Positions 49,440-60,646 of a DNA stretch of 63,212 nucleotides are shown here, piece after piece. The position numbers and the translations under genes were made by a program. How positions within the stretch are numbered: position 1 is the first letter of the stretch; every line of letters begins with the position of its first letter. The DNA is from Dicyema japonicum (taxonomy: Eukaryota > Animalia > Dicyemida), in the NCBI GenBank assembly GCA_011109175.1, contig RDEW01000098.1, positions 18,715-81,926 of the forward strand, read 5' to 3'. The notes beneath the pieces were generated by a model that made no database searches, had not been told where the DNA came from, and worked only from the letters and a program-made list of their open reading frames with translations.

Positions 49440-50375
49440 AAAATGAGACATTATTTTCAATATTCTCCAACAAAGCACAAATCCGACGAGAAACAGTGTT
49501 ATCTTACAAAGGTATCTTCATTATTTTTTGTTCATATTTATGACCAAACATATTCCGAGCAATAATACGACAAGCAGGGATTATCAAGTTTTCGCTAATA
49601 GTGTGAGGTTTTAGTTGATTTGCAATCAATTCTGAGATCAGGTATGAACATTTCAATGATTCCTTTATGTTTACAAAAGTTTCACTGAACATCATTTGAC
49701 TAGATCTACAATTCATAGTAAAAATTAAATAATGCTTGTGATGTTTTTTTCAAATTGATAAAATAATCCACAGATTTTTTGGAATAGTCTGAATGCTTGG
49801 AAGTAAAATGTATCTAGTTTGCTAGGAACCATAGCATCATTTGCCAAGACTTCCATGCAAATTATACATTGAGGTAGTTTATTTTTATCTTTGCATACAT
49901 ATCCAAATGACAAATAAGAATCTTTATAAGAACGATGAACTGATTTATCCATAAGCACGTTGATACAACCTTATTAAAAAATTAATTAATAATGGTTAAC
50001 CAATGTTAATGTCATTTAATATATAATAAAAAAATGATTATTTTAATTTTAGTAATTATTTTAATTTGTTTATCTTTTTAAATTAATTAGGTCAAAAAAT
50101 GTCAGTTGAGGAAGCCTGCTGCGTGGATTGCGAACGAGTTCCCTCGGAGTATGGCTATTCCAATCTTTTGTCTTAGCCATAGCCCTTCTCGTTGTTTAAT
50201 TGTTAAAAAAATTTAATTAATAAAAAAAAAAAAAAAAAAAAAATTTAGTAAAGTTTTAATTTGTTTATCTTTTTAAATTAATTAGGTCAAAAAATGTAGA
50301 TAAATTTATTCAAATTTGTATTTGGCAGGCGGCACACTAGAAATTGTCTCCGGCACACCGTTTGACAACCTTTAA
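49440..50375 (-). mobile_element. Buster/ZBED8-type hAT element, 5' part
   Basis: RSYKDSYLSFG..LPQCIICMEVLANDAMVPSKL (BED finger) and SYLIS..IA..KPHTISENLIIPAC. Terminus rc GGTTGTCAAACGGTGTGCCG. Confidence 0.8.
50059..50297 (+). mobile_element. CRE family B insertion with 5' inversion, poly(A) and 44-bp TSD
   Basis: TSD 50059-50102 = 50254-50297. Inverted family-B segment 50103-50194, sense tail 50192-50243 ending in about 22 A. Confidence 0.88.
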
Positions 50376-50376
50376 G

Positions 50377-50565
50377 TTAGGGATTAGGATTTTGGTTAGA
50401 ATTCGGGATTAGGGTTAGGGATTTGGGTTAAGGATTTGGGTTCGGGATTTGGATTAGGGTTATGGTTAGAGATTAAGGTTAAGATTACGGTTAGGGATTG
50501 GGATTAGGGTTATTGTTATGGTTTGGGTTAGGGTTATGGTAAGGGTTTTGGTTAGAGATTAGGAT
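50377..50565 (+). repeat. Degenerate TTAGGG-like hexamer array (about 30 units)
   Basis: GGGTTA/GGATTA/GGATTT hexamer periodicity. Confidence 0.85.
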
Positions 50566-50602
50566 CCACGTACGCCGGAGTTCTATGTACGGACGGTGAC
50601 AA

Positions 50603-51520
50603 TTATTATTAATATTATTATTATTATTATTATTATAAAGCACAACGTCTTGCCATTGGAAATGACAAAACCAGTGCATACCAAACATTAATTTTTTTTT
50701 AATTTTCTCCACTTTCCACGATCCTCAAGCCAAATCCCTCAAGTAATCCAGGTCATCTCCGTAGTTATAGATAATCCTATTCTCTTCAGGTCTTCATTCA
50801 GTGTCGTGGCCAGTGATGCTCTCGGACGTCCTCGGAACTTCACCTCCTCGGTTTGAAAGAATTTCTCCATGGCAACATTAGCTGGAGTTTCGATATTTCC
50901 CAGTAGGATGTGTTCTAATAGGCTCCAACGAAATTCTATGATGTCTAGTGAAATCTGTTTAGAAGACGTAATAGAGTATAGTTCTCGACTTCTTGTTCTC
51001 ATGCGGTCCCAGCACGAATGAATCTTCAGTAGTTGTCCCCGATGGAAGGAGTTTAGTTTTTTTAATGTCATTTAGGGTTAATGACCAAGAACTTGCAGTA
51101 TATAGGAGTATTGGTTTGGCTAACGAATTGTATAGTCGAGTTCTGATCTCTCGATTCAAGCCCTTCTTTCTTAGAAACCAATTTCTTCTCAAGTTGTATA
51201 AGGCCGTATTTGCTTTAATCTTCCGTGCGATGATGTCTTTTTTTCTCCAAGCAGGGATCCCAGCTTTTTAACCTTTCGCCAATGCTCTTCCAGAATATAT
51301 TCCTTCCTCATCAAAGTTGTCAGCTCTGTCTTGTCTTTGTTGATATTTAGTGACTATTTTTCGAATACTCTTGGTGCCGTCTCGAGTAATCCTAATAGGG
51401 CCTACCCATTTTGCGAGACGAAATCCACATCATCTGCATAAGCTAGGATGCTAGTTCCCTCCACAATAAAAGGCTTGAGATCCCGTAGCGCAGACTCAAG
51501 ATATGCAACAAAGAGGAGAG
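50603..51520 (-). mobile_element. RTE-like LINE 3' half with (TAA)n tail
   Basis: LAYADDV, RTRLYNSLAKPILLY, NSFHRGQL, FRGRPRASL and (ATT)n at 50603-50637. Confidence 0.85.
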
Positions 51521-51589
51521 TATTATAAATTAATATTATCGTATAATTAATCTTTATATCGGAATAATAATAATTTATAAAAATAGAAA

Positions 51590-52208
51590 ATTATAATATT
51601 TTTTACTTAATAAGTATTATTATTGTAAAAGATTAATAATGAAAATTACGCAATAATTAGGACGACAGAATGGCAAAGGCGTTACCTCTGATAGTCTCCA
51701 TTTCGAGCCTCTGTCTTAACCAGAGTCCTTCCTTGGCTTGCACTTTTTTGAGGCGAGTTTGCTTCTAATGCTGTCGAGAAAAACTTTAGTCTTCGCGCGT
51801 ACAATTCCAGTTGTCTTCCCAGCAATGTGAACGAAATGGTAATGGTCTCCGAGGAATTTTTACTAATGGATCTTCTCGACCTCCGCCTGGTCGGCTGGGT
51901 CTCCAGCGGAGTGCATCGCCGTCAGCAATTTGGCTTCTGAGAAGGTGTTCACACACGTTGCGTCTCAGACAAGTGATTTTCCGTGGGAGTATGGGAATAA
52001 CGTCATTCCATTCGGTCTCTTCCGTCGCCTCTGTCAATGGTTCCAACTGGGCCGGAAATCCCGCAGCCTTGAGGGCTCGAAAGATAATGTCATTGAGGTT
52101 GCGTGGCGCGGGGCTCTACCAGCACTCCGTCGGCAAGAGAGTTGATATAATCCTTTCGTATCAACCTCCCCGTCGCAACGGTATTTCTGTCTCTGGCATA
52201 TGTCCACT
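51590..52208 (-). mobile_element. CRE-like 3' segment (knuckle and RLE), probably the missing end of family A
   Basis: DICQRQKYRCDGEVDTKGLYQLSC, LNDIIFRALKAAG, KRPNGMT, DAT and WLRQRLEMETIRGNAFAILSS-stop. Confidence 0.85.
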
Positions 52209-52217
52209 GAATTCAGT

Positions 52218-52500
52218 CATTCATCTAACTCTTATTCAGGACAAATCGAACCATTTTTGTTGCGCCTATCGTAATCAAAAAAGTAGACGTATTCCTCTGA
52301 GAATACCAAAGGCCACTCGAATTCTCGCTGCTGAATGCCTCACGTCATTAATTGATAAAGCCATCAGCATCAGCGACCAGGCATCTTGGATACGTCTACT
52401 TCAACGCAGCAAAACTCTGGAATCGAGCCTGAGCAAGTATTTCGGTGCAAACAGTTGTCTACAGAAGCTGGGAGTAAACAGGAAGATTCTAAAGCATTTC

Positions 52501-52532
<32 letters not shown>

Positions 52533-54277
52533 GAACCGAAAACTAATGAAAAGGGACTTTCGCGCAGCTGTAAGAGTGGTGTCTTGTGACGAAACGCTGT
52601 TGAAACCGTGCCGTGAAGTCTTGGAGTTATTGAGAAGGGAGCACCCTGTTCCACCACCGAACCAGTGGAACTTGACAATTCCAGAAGATCTCCCGGCATT
52701 TACTCCCACGGAATTTGAAGTAGTGCGTGGAATAATGTCTTTTGCACCAGTAGTTGCGGAGTCCTGGACGGACTGCGCCCAAGCCATTTTAAAAAACTAA
52801 ACATCTGAAGCTACTGCTAAAGCCGGCCGTGCCTTGTTAACGTCTATCACCTTGCTGCTCACTCAAATAGTTAATGGTGATATTCCAAAATTTGCTAGAG
52901 ACCTTCTTTTTTGTGGACATCTATTGGCATTCCGAAATGGATATGGAGGGGTCCGCCCAATTGCGATCGGTACATATTTTCGAAGGCTTGCTGCTAAAAT
53001 CGCTGCCCGGAAAGTCTTCACAATGTTGCTGAAGAGCTGTTTCCGACTCAACTTGATGTGGGAGTGACCGGCGGTTGCGAGGCAGCAGTCCACGCCGGAG
53101 GAGTTACTTCAACAACAATAATTCACAGATCCAAAGGCTCGGCCTGAAGCTTGATATGTCAAATGCCTTTAAAATGCTGAAGAGAGACTGTATTTTGGAA
53201 TCCTGTTAGAAGAGAGCTCCAGAAATTGACTGACTTTTACACTCATCGTATGAGACGGACTCAGCTCTAGTTTACGGAAACGATATCGTTTATTTTATAT
53301 CGTTTATTCACGCACAAACATTCAGTAGGGCCTTTGCTTTTTACAATGACAATTGACACAATGGCACAAAGCATAAACTGTGAACTCAATTTGTGGTACT
53401 TATACGACGCTACAATAGCTGGCCAGGGGAGAACGTATATCAGGATATTTCTTTTACCATTCCAGCTATAAACGAATTGGGTTTAATTGTCAACGTTTTT
53501 GAAATCGAAACTGATCTATTTTTTTTCTCATTTCCAAACTTTTTTATTGCCTGCCAAGAATTCAAATTACAACTTCCAGCATATCCTCCTTGGAAAAGGT
53601 ACACTTCCTTGGCTGCCCTCTCGGAAACGACGAGCTAGAAAATTGCCTTACTAGTAAGAATAATGAAGTTAAAGCCTTTACAAAGAGAGTTTCATTTTTG
53701 GATCCACATGTGTCTTTCTTCTTGCAAGAAATGTATTTCCGTGTCAAAATGATGTACATTTTGAGCTGTTCACCATTTTTTGAACACCGGAATGCACTAT
53801 TGTCGGCTGATGGGACTCTAAGACGATCGGCGGAGTCAATCTGAATGTCAAATTCGATGATCTGGGCTAGACTAAGTGCAAACAACCGGCGAGAAATGGG
53901 GGCATTGAGTTGAGATCCCTCTTTGAAGTCGCCCTGCCTGCCTGCTTTTCATTTTTACGAGCTGCAGTCTCTTGGCACAAGCAGTTCTACGTAAAACAAC
54001 CAGACATACTTTGGATTTGGAGCTTGACAGAGTTTACAACTTGTGGGGTGACTTGGACTTGGAATTCCCGTCGAACGTCGCTTGGCAGAAGAGTTGGGAT
54101 TCAATCGCATATATGAGCACTATGGAGACCACGAAGAAAAGCGCCAACCAACACCGACTAGCAAGTATTAAGTCGTCGCACATCGCAGAAATGGAGTCTG
54201 GCTCGAGGCCCTACCTTCCCCACATCTGGAGAACCTCCTTGACGAAAACAGCTTGAGGATCGGGGTGGCACTGCGCC
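52218..54277 (+). mobile_element. CRE family A body, copy 2, inverted relative to its 3' segment
   Basis: IPLRIPKATR, DFRAAVRVV, VRPIAIG and DMSNAF; ends at SLRIGVALR. Confidence 0.88.
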
Positions 54278-54604
54278 ATTTCCGGAATTATAATATTGAT
54301 TAAATTTTAATAAAATGACAGTTATAACAGCAGATGACAGATGTCATAGGTAACGTCTGTGGCTCGCGACACATGGAACAAAGGATGGAGCATATAGCAA
54401 GTCGATCGTGTTTAAGACTTTTGAAAGTAATAAATCAATAGTGTCATAGGATTAAGGTCCTCTCAATGTCACACAAGTCCATCAAGAATAAGCATGAAAA
54501 ATGATTTTTTACATCATCCATGGCACAGCGCATCACTTGAGACCGGTGGATCACATGGATAACTATATAGATGTTTAAATTATAGTTTAAGGTTAAAGTT
54601 GATA

Positions 54605-55470
54605 TGATTTTATTAGGTCAGGCCAGTTTCAATTATTTCTGCTCAAATTCTACTTGTTTGTCTACATTGGTATTCTTGGTGGATTATGCCTCTGCTTCCA
54701 GGCTTATGGACAAGATTAATGTTCCGCTTAAACCAATTATTCATCTCAACTATTCTGAGGTGTCAATTACTCAATAAACTAGTAAATCTTTATTAGCTAA
54801 ACAAGAAAATTAAGTGTTAGGAGCAGACTAGACGTTTGACAGTCCTCTCACATTCCTTACTATATATTCTACCAAGTTACAATATGGGTCATTTGATGGT
54901 AATATCGAATCTTCACATTCTTCATTTATTATTGCGGCTATTTTTAGAAATATAAACTAACAATAGGCAAGAACACAATCAGTAAGAGAAATATCAATTT
55001 CATCAGCTAAATAGCGAGTTAAGTATTAAATACTTCGCAAATCGTAATTAAACCAATCTAATATATATTTTTTTATTGAATTTTCTTATTGGAAAACATT
55101 TATATTTTAATCTCTTTTGGAGGAGAACGAAGCAATAAGAAAGAACCCGTGGTAGATTTTATGTGAACGGGCTTACAAAAAATGTTTGAGATCTCATGAG
55201 GACACCGAGCGAAGATAAGGTGGTTAGTAAAAGTGACAGGCTCACTTATGTTTAATTCGTCAAAAGGTTGACGTACCTGATCTTCTTTCTTCTTGTAAGT
55301 ATGGCAGAGGTAACCGTTTTAGGAAACATTTGAAACCCGATATTCTGAAAGATGGAATTGTCAGATGCACGTAAGATCCTGGTTAGATTGCCGTCCATAC
55401 CAAAATTAAAAAGAACTTGGAGCATAACTATTTATGAATTGATTGTATAGGAATGATAGTTAGTGTTTTT
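54605..55470. repeat. Unclassified ~0.9-kb repeat (other copies about 1980-2875 and 57035-57910)
   Basis: Near identity with 57035-57910 and more diverged similarity to 1980-2875. Fragmentary Cys-containing reading frames on the minus strand. Confidence 0.85.
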
Positions 55471-57034
55471 CAGTAATCCAATAGTTAAATTGACAGAAGT
55501 ATGAGGAGTGATATACCTACAACCACGTAATGATTACATCGTCTCAAGGTTGGTTTAACCTCCTGTTGCCATTCTCCTAATGAAAATAGCCGAAATGAAA
55601 GACTCGAGTGCTCAGATATAAATCTCGAACGAATAAGTGTTGTATACACCTTTATTATGAATTAGCTGTTGACGTAGCAAAAATGCACTATGCCATATAA
55701 CACGCTTAATAATTAAATCTCACAAAAATAAATTTGACCTTTGTTCATCTCTTGGAGACATCAGATACCTGAATTTTAGGATATAAAAATTATCTGATGT
55801 ATCAATATTCGAATCCTATATGGCCTATATTAGGAGATGTTATTATTGACGAGAAAGGGTGGAGTTTTTAGTTATTTTCGGATGTTCCTGATAATAATAA
55901 AATTCAAGAGGGCGTAAATACAAGGGAATAGTTCCTTCAAAATCATTAGATGAATTTTTATTTTCAAATTCATCAAGTGGTGTCAATTCTATGAGATTGT
56001 CATAAGTATACAAAAGAGTTCCTTACCCACTTCTTGTAATCAAGCCTGTGAAACATAATCGTTCTCTCATACCGGTATAATCGGCTCTCAAAAGGTCTAT
56101 TCAAAAAAGAGCTAATTATGAAGCAAGAGATAGTTAGTTCTAAATGGATATAGAATTTGGGACTCCTTGGATGAATCGTACGTAAGTATAACATTTGAGG
56201 GTTATATCGGACGATTTATAGAAGATTAGTATAAATGACGGTACGGAAGACGTCTAATTGCCGATGATATATGCTCGATAATTTGAACGAATTAATTTAA
56301 AAAAGAAACTAATGAAGAAAAATGAGATTACTTAATTGGATTTAGTAAAGATCCAATGAAGAAAAAGATGAGATGAAAAAGTTTCACAAATAGACCTCTT
56401 TGAAGAGATCTCTTTGAAACGAAAAAGTTTCACAAATAGACCTCTTTGAAACGAAAAAGTTTCACCAATACACCTCCATAAAGAGAACTCTCGATCGTTT
56501 ATTATCCCTAAAGTAAAATATATCCTCGTAGATATGACGTGGAAGGATTGTGTCAAATAATCTTAGGCGTCGGATTTCATGTCAAATTGGAGCCGCTCGG
56601 ACTCGCCAAGCCAACCAAAGACCAACGAAAGAACTCTCTTCCATGGGAAATCGGTAGATACGTTGGCTGAGGCTCAACCCTTGTGGATAACCTTTTTCAT
56701 TCGACCTTGTTATGACAGCAACTAACCAGGCTCTGCTTCGGAGAAGGCTGAGACCATCTAGATAAAAAAAATACGTATGTTTCGGTAGACAGTTTATGTT
56801 TTTTCCAGTCGCCGTGGAAACATTAAGAATCATACGAACCATTTCACTGATCCAGCTAAACAGGATTGGATCGCTCATCGCAAAGAAAAAAAGATCGTAG
56901 TGAAAGGAAGACTGTCGCATTGAGCTCTTTTCTTTGCAATTCATTAAATGAAATATAATCTCAATTATGAGATCAGACAGTATTTGTTAACTATTAGTTT
57001 TAGCATTAAATCATTTAATAATCAAAGTTTGTTC

Positions 57035-57910
57035 ATTTATTATTAGGTCAAACAGTTTCATATATTTCTGCTCAAATTCTACTTGTTTGTCTACATTGGT
57101 ATTCTTGGTGGATTATGCCTCTGCTTCCAGGCTTATGGACAAGATTAATGTTCCGCTTAACCAATTATTCATCTCAACTATTCTGAGGTGTCAATTACTC
57201 AATAAACTAGTAAATCTTTATTAGCTAAACAAGAAAATTAAGTGTTAGGAGCAGACTAGACGTTTGACAGTCTCTCACATTCCTTACTATATACTTCTAC
57301 CAAGTTACAATATGGGTCATTTGATGGTAATATCGAATCTTCACATTCTTCATTTATTATTGCGGCTATTTTTAGAAATATAAACTAACCAATAGGCAAG
57401 AACACAATCAGTAAGAGAAATATCAATTTCATCAGCTAAATAGCGAGTTAAGTATTAAATACTTCGCAAATCGTAATTAAACCAATCTAATATATATTTT
57501 TTATTGAATTTTCTTATTGAAAAACATTTATTCTTTAATCTCTTATGGAAGAGACCGAAGCAATGAGAAGGAACCCGTGGTAGATTTTATGTGAACGGAC
57601 TTACAAAAAATGTGTGAGATCTAATGAGGACACCGAGCGAAAATAAGGTGGTTAGTAATAGTGACAGGGCTCACTTATGTTTAATTCGCCAAAAATGTTG
57701 ACATACCTGATCTTCTTTCTTCTTGTGAGTATGGTAGAAGTACCCGTTTTAGGAAACATTTGAAACCCGATATTCTAAAGATGGATTTGTCAGATGCTTG
57801 TAAGATCCTGGTTAGATTGCCGTCCATACCAAAATTAAAAAGAACTTGGAGTATAACTATTCATCAATTGATTGTATAGGATGATAGTTAGTGTTTTTCA
57901 GTAATGATAG
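57035..57910. repeat. Unclassified ~0.9-kb repeat, third copy
   Basis: Near identical to 54605-55470. Confidence 0.85.
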
Positions 57911-58399
57911 TCGAAAAAAGAGGCACAAGCGAAACCATAAACAGTGTTTACTGTTAACGCGAATGTGCTTTAACTGACAAGTAACTTAACATTTGTTACA
58001 TATACGCTATGTCAGAGTTACACGGTCTACAATAGACCAAACTGAAGTAAATTAGTGGGATCTTAAAATCACGAGGGCTTTAATTAAATCAGAATGCTTC
58101 TCATAATGAGAGATTTATTTAGCTTTCAACTCGCTTATTGTTCCAATCACATGCAAGAGATTATGTGAGTATCACTCAATCCGAATATATTGATTTTTTT
58201 CAAGAACATGCTTAGGTCGATAACTTTACCTTATAGAGATCTGAAAAATCAGAAACAAACGATATGTAACGAATCTAATGTGATCTATCTAGTTAGCATC
58301 CAAGAAATTATTATTGATAAATTGTGACCCCAATCTAACTGTTCAATGCCTAAAAGGTGTTCTTATCCAGAGATAGATGCGGCTTCTATACAAGTAACT

Positions 58400-59050
58400 A
58401 TTAGTTAACAAGTAAATTTTAATTTGGAATCCCCCCAAAGTAAATTTGAAAAGATGGGCAGCATATTCCTTAAGGAACTGATTAAATGCTGCAGCATATT
58501 CCTTAAGGAATCTCATTGAAATTACAAATATTTCAAAAAAGCGTTCGATTCAGTCCCCAGGAACTCCTCACAAAGAAAATATTTGAAACGAACATTCACC
58601 CGAACTTAAAGCTTTGGCCTGGGAACTTTATAAATGGAATCCAACACAAGAACTCTGCAGCAACAACATCAAATCAACATCTAGCTACCTTCCAAATGTA
58701 GTCCCTAAGTCTCCCCATTGTCACACAACTCTTCGACCTCTACATATACGAAATACCTTGAGAGAACTGGCTAGTCCTCTCCTACGCTGACGATATTATT
58801 CTTCATCCAAGGCAGAAACATTCAATCAGCTAGTCAGTCCGCCGATTCTTGGAATAACCTTTGATCAGAGACTCTCTTTTATCCAACATGTTGAGACCAA
58901 GGTAAATTCTGCCCTGAACAAAATGAGAATCCAAAAAGTGCTCTCAAAAAAATTTTGGCAAAATTGGAAGCCTTGCCACTCTCCTTCCAACCTTGTAATG
59001 AGAGCAACTAACCCAGACTCTGCTTCGCAAAAGGCTGAAACCCTAAAGCT
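58400..59050 (+). mobile_element. Highly degraded LINE RT fragment
   Basis: GIQ..SPHCHTTL..YADDI..FLGITFD..L.FIQHV remnants. Confidence 0.55.
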
Positions 59051-59474
59051 GAAGAAATACTATATTTTGGTGGATAGTTCATTTTTGACCAGTAGCCGTG
59101 GAAACGTCAAAATTTAAAGTAAGCAGGTCGTTGATTCTGCTCGTCGCTGACAATTCAAAGTTATTATACGGAAAATCGATTGTTACAATTTTTATAGAAG
59201 GTTGCTCAATATCGATCTTATTGACATAAGCAATCTTAAAAAAATTTTTGAAGCCCCATTACTTCACTCGTCTCGGCGACAACATTCCATAATCACGATG
59301 TCAGAAAAAAAGTTGAAAATGCAATAGACCATGACTACTTACTTGAAAACAAGAAAGAAAAGAGATACTTGAAACAAAACAAGAAAAGAGATACTTGAAA
59401 GAAAATAATTACGAAATTATTATAAACGTGCTTGGAGATTTTAAAATAAAAAACAACGAGAAAATTAATTGCAT

Positions 59475-60646
59475 TTAAAAAATAGGAATATATTCCATTG
59501 GTCTTATTATATTTCGGCATTTTATGCATTTTATGACAAATGTGATGACTCCAATAATTGTAACAGATAGCATAATTCCTATAATTATAAAATTTTTTGA
59601 ATGATTAGAATTTGTATTTTTTCCAGGAGTTACTTCTTCAAAACACTCCGACTCTAAAATTCAGGAAAAATCAAACCCTTTCCTGTATAATGGGATTTAA
59701 ATTCACTCCGAATAATTTGTGCCTTAAATGATGAAAACTCAGCATATATGAAATCAGAAAATTTAGTGAGAGACAATTTGAAGTTACAGGAATTTCCAAC
59801 ATCAATCAATTTGCTCTTATTAGGACTCCATGACCCATTATAGATTTCATCGATGACTATCTGAATATTGGAAATATAATATTTGTTTTGAGACACAATA
59901 AATGTAAAAAGTATTTCTAAATTTTGCCCCTTAAGAGATAATTCAAAATTATTGTTATCAAAGTTAATCTTCGAATCCAGATTCTCGTAAAATAATGACA
60001 AATCATCAATCTAATATTAATATATACAATTTACCATTTCAACAGTGTGATTATAAAAAAGTGTGATTCTAAAATTTCCGCTTAATATTCCTTTCAGAGG
60101 ATTTTCCGCAATAAAATACCAATATTGAACATTTGGATCGTTAGATGGATCACAGTCATGTGCTAAATTAAATTATGTCAAACCTTTTCCAATAAAATAT
60201 GGATATGATTGGTTAGTGTAGTATTTTAACACCAAAGAATATAATGTAAGAGTATTACCATTCCCAAAACTTACGGACATATATCCGCATCTGTAATAAT
60301 CTCCATGTTTAATATTTGGAAGATTTATTGTATTTGTGTAGGTTTTATTATCTTTGAGTGTTAACTATTAAATACTAGAATTTAATTCTATTTTTATTGA
60401 GATGTTGTAAAATTTGTCTGAGAATTCAATAAAAAATTGGTAGATCAAGTTATTTGTTTTGATTGTAATTGGCATTTTATCATAAAAGAAGTGAGAAATA
60501 GTTTCAATTGAATGATTGTTTGTCTACCATTATTATTTATAAAATACATTTGTAAGTGTACTTTTCAATAAACTTTTTACATATACTGACATTCGATTTT
60601 CAAAGTCGAAATTCCTGATTGAGGACAAAAATATTAACAACAACAT
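59475..60646 (-). CDS. LAMP-like type-I membrane glycoprotein paralog 3, intact, 6 exons, 351 aa
   Basis: Removing GT-AG introns 60524-60547 (24), 60352-60375 (24), 60163-60183 (21), 60011-60034 (24) and 59654-59676 (23) leaves 1056 nt with no internal stop. Hydrophobic N-terminus, two luminal modules (YYRCG..GKAHDC; ..GKESEC), many NxS/T sequons, TM FIIIGIMLSVTIIGVITFVI, tail ending EYIPIF. Confidence 0.85.

Noticed and set aside
50491-50712. NPNP-repeat ORF
   Set aside because: It is a translation of the telomere-like hexamers and an (AAT)n tail.
51811-52800. 329-aa ORF as a novel protein
   Set aside because: It is a chimera of antisense RLE sequence and the sense CRE body across the inversion junction. 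The ERERE run comes from an (AG)n tract.
56480-56700. ADAMTS-like fragment (YPRRYDVEGLCQIILG)
   Set aside because: The resemblance is short and lacks the conserved Cys pattern, so it may be chance.
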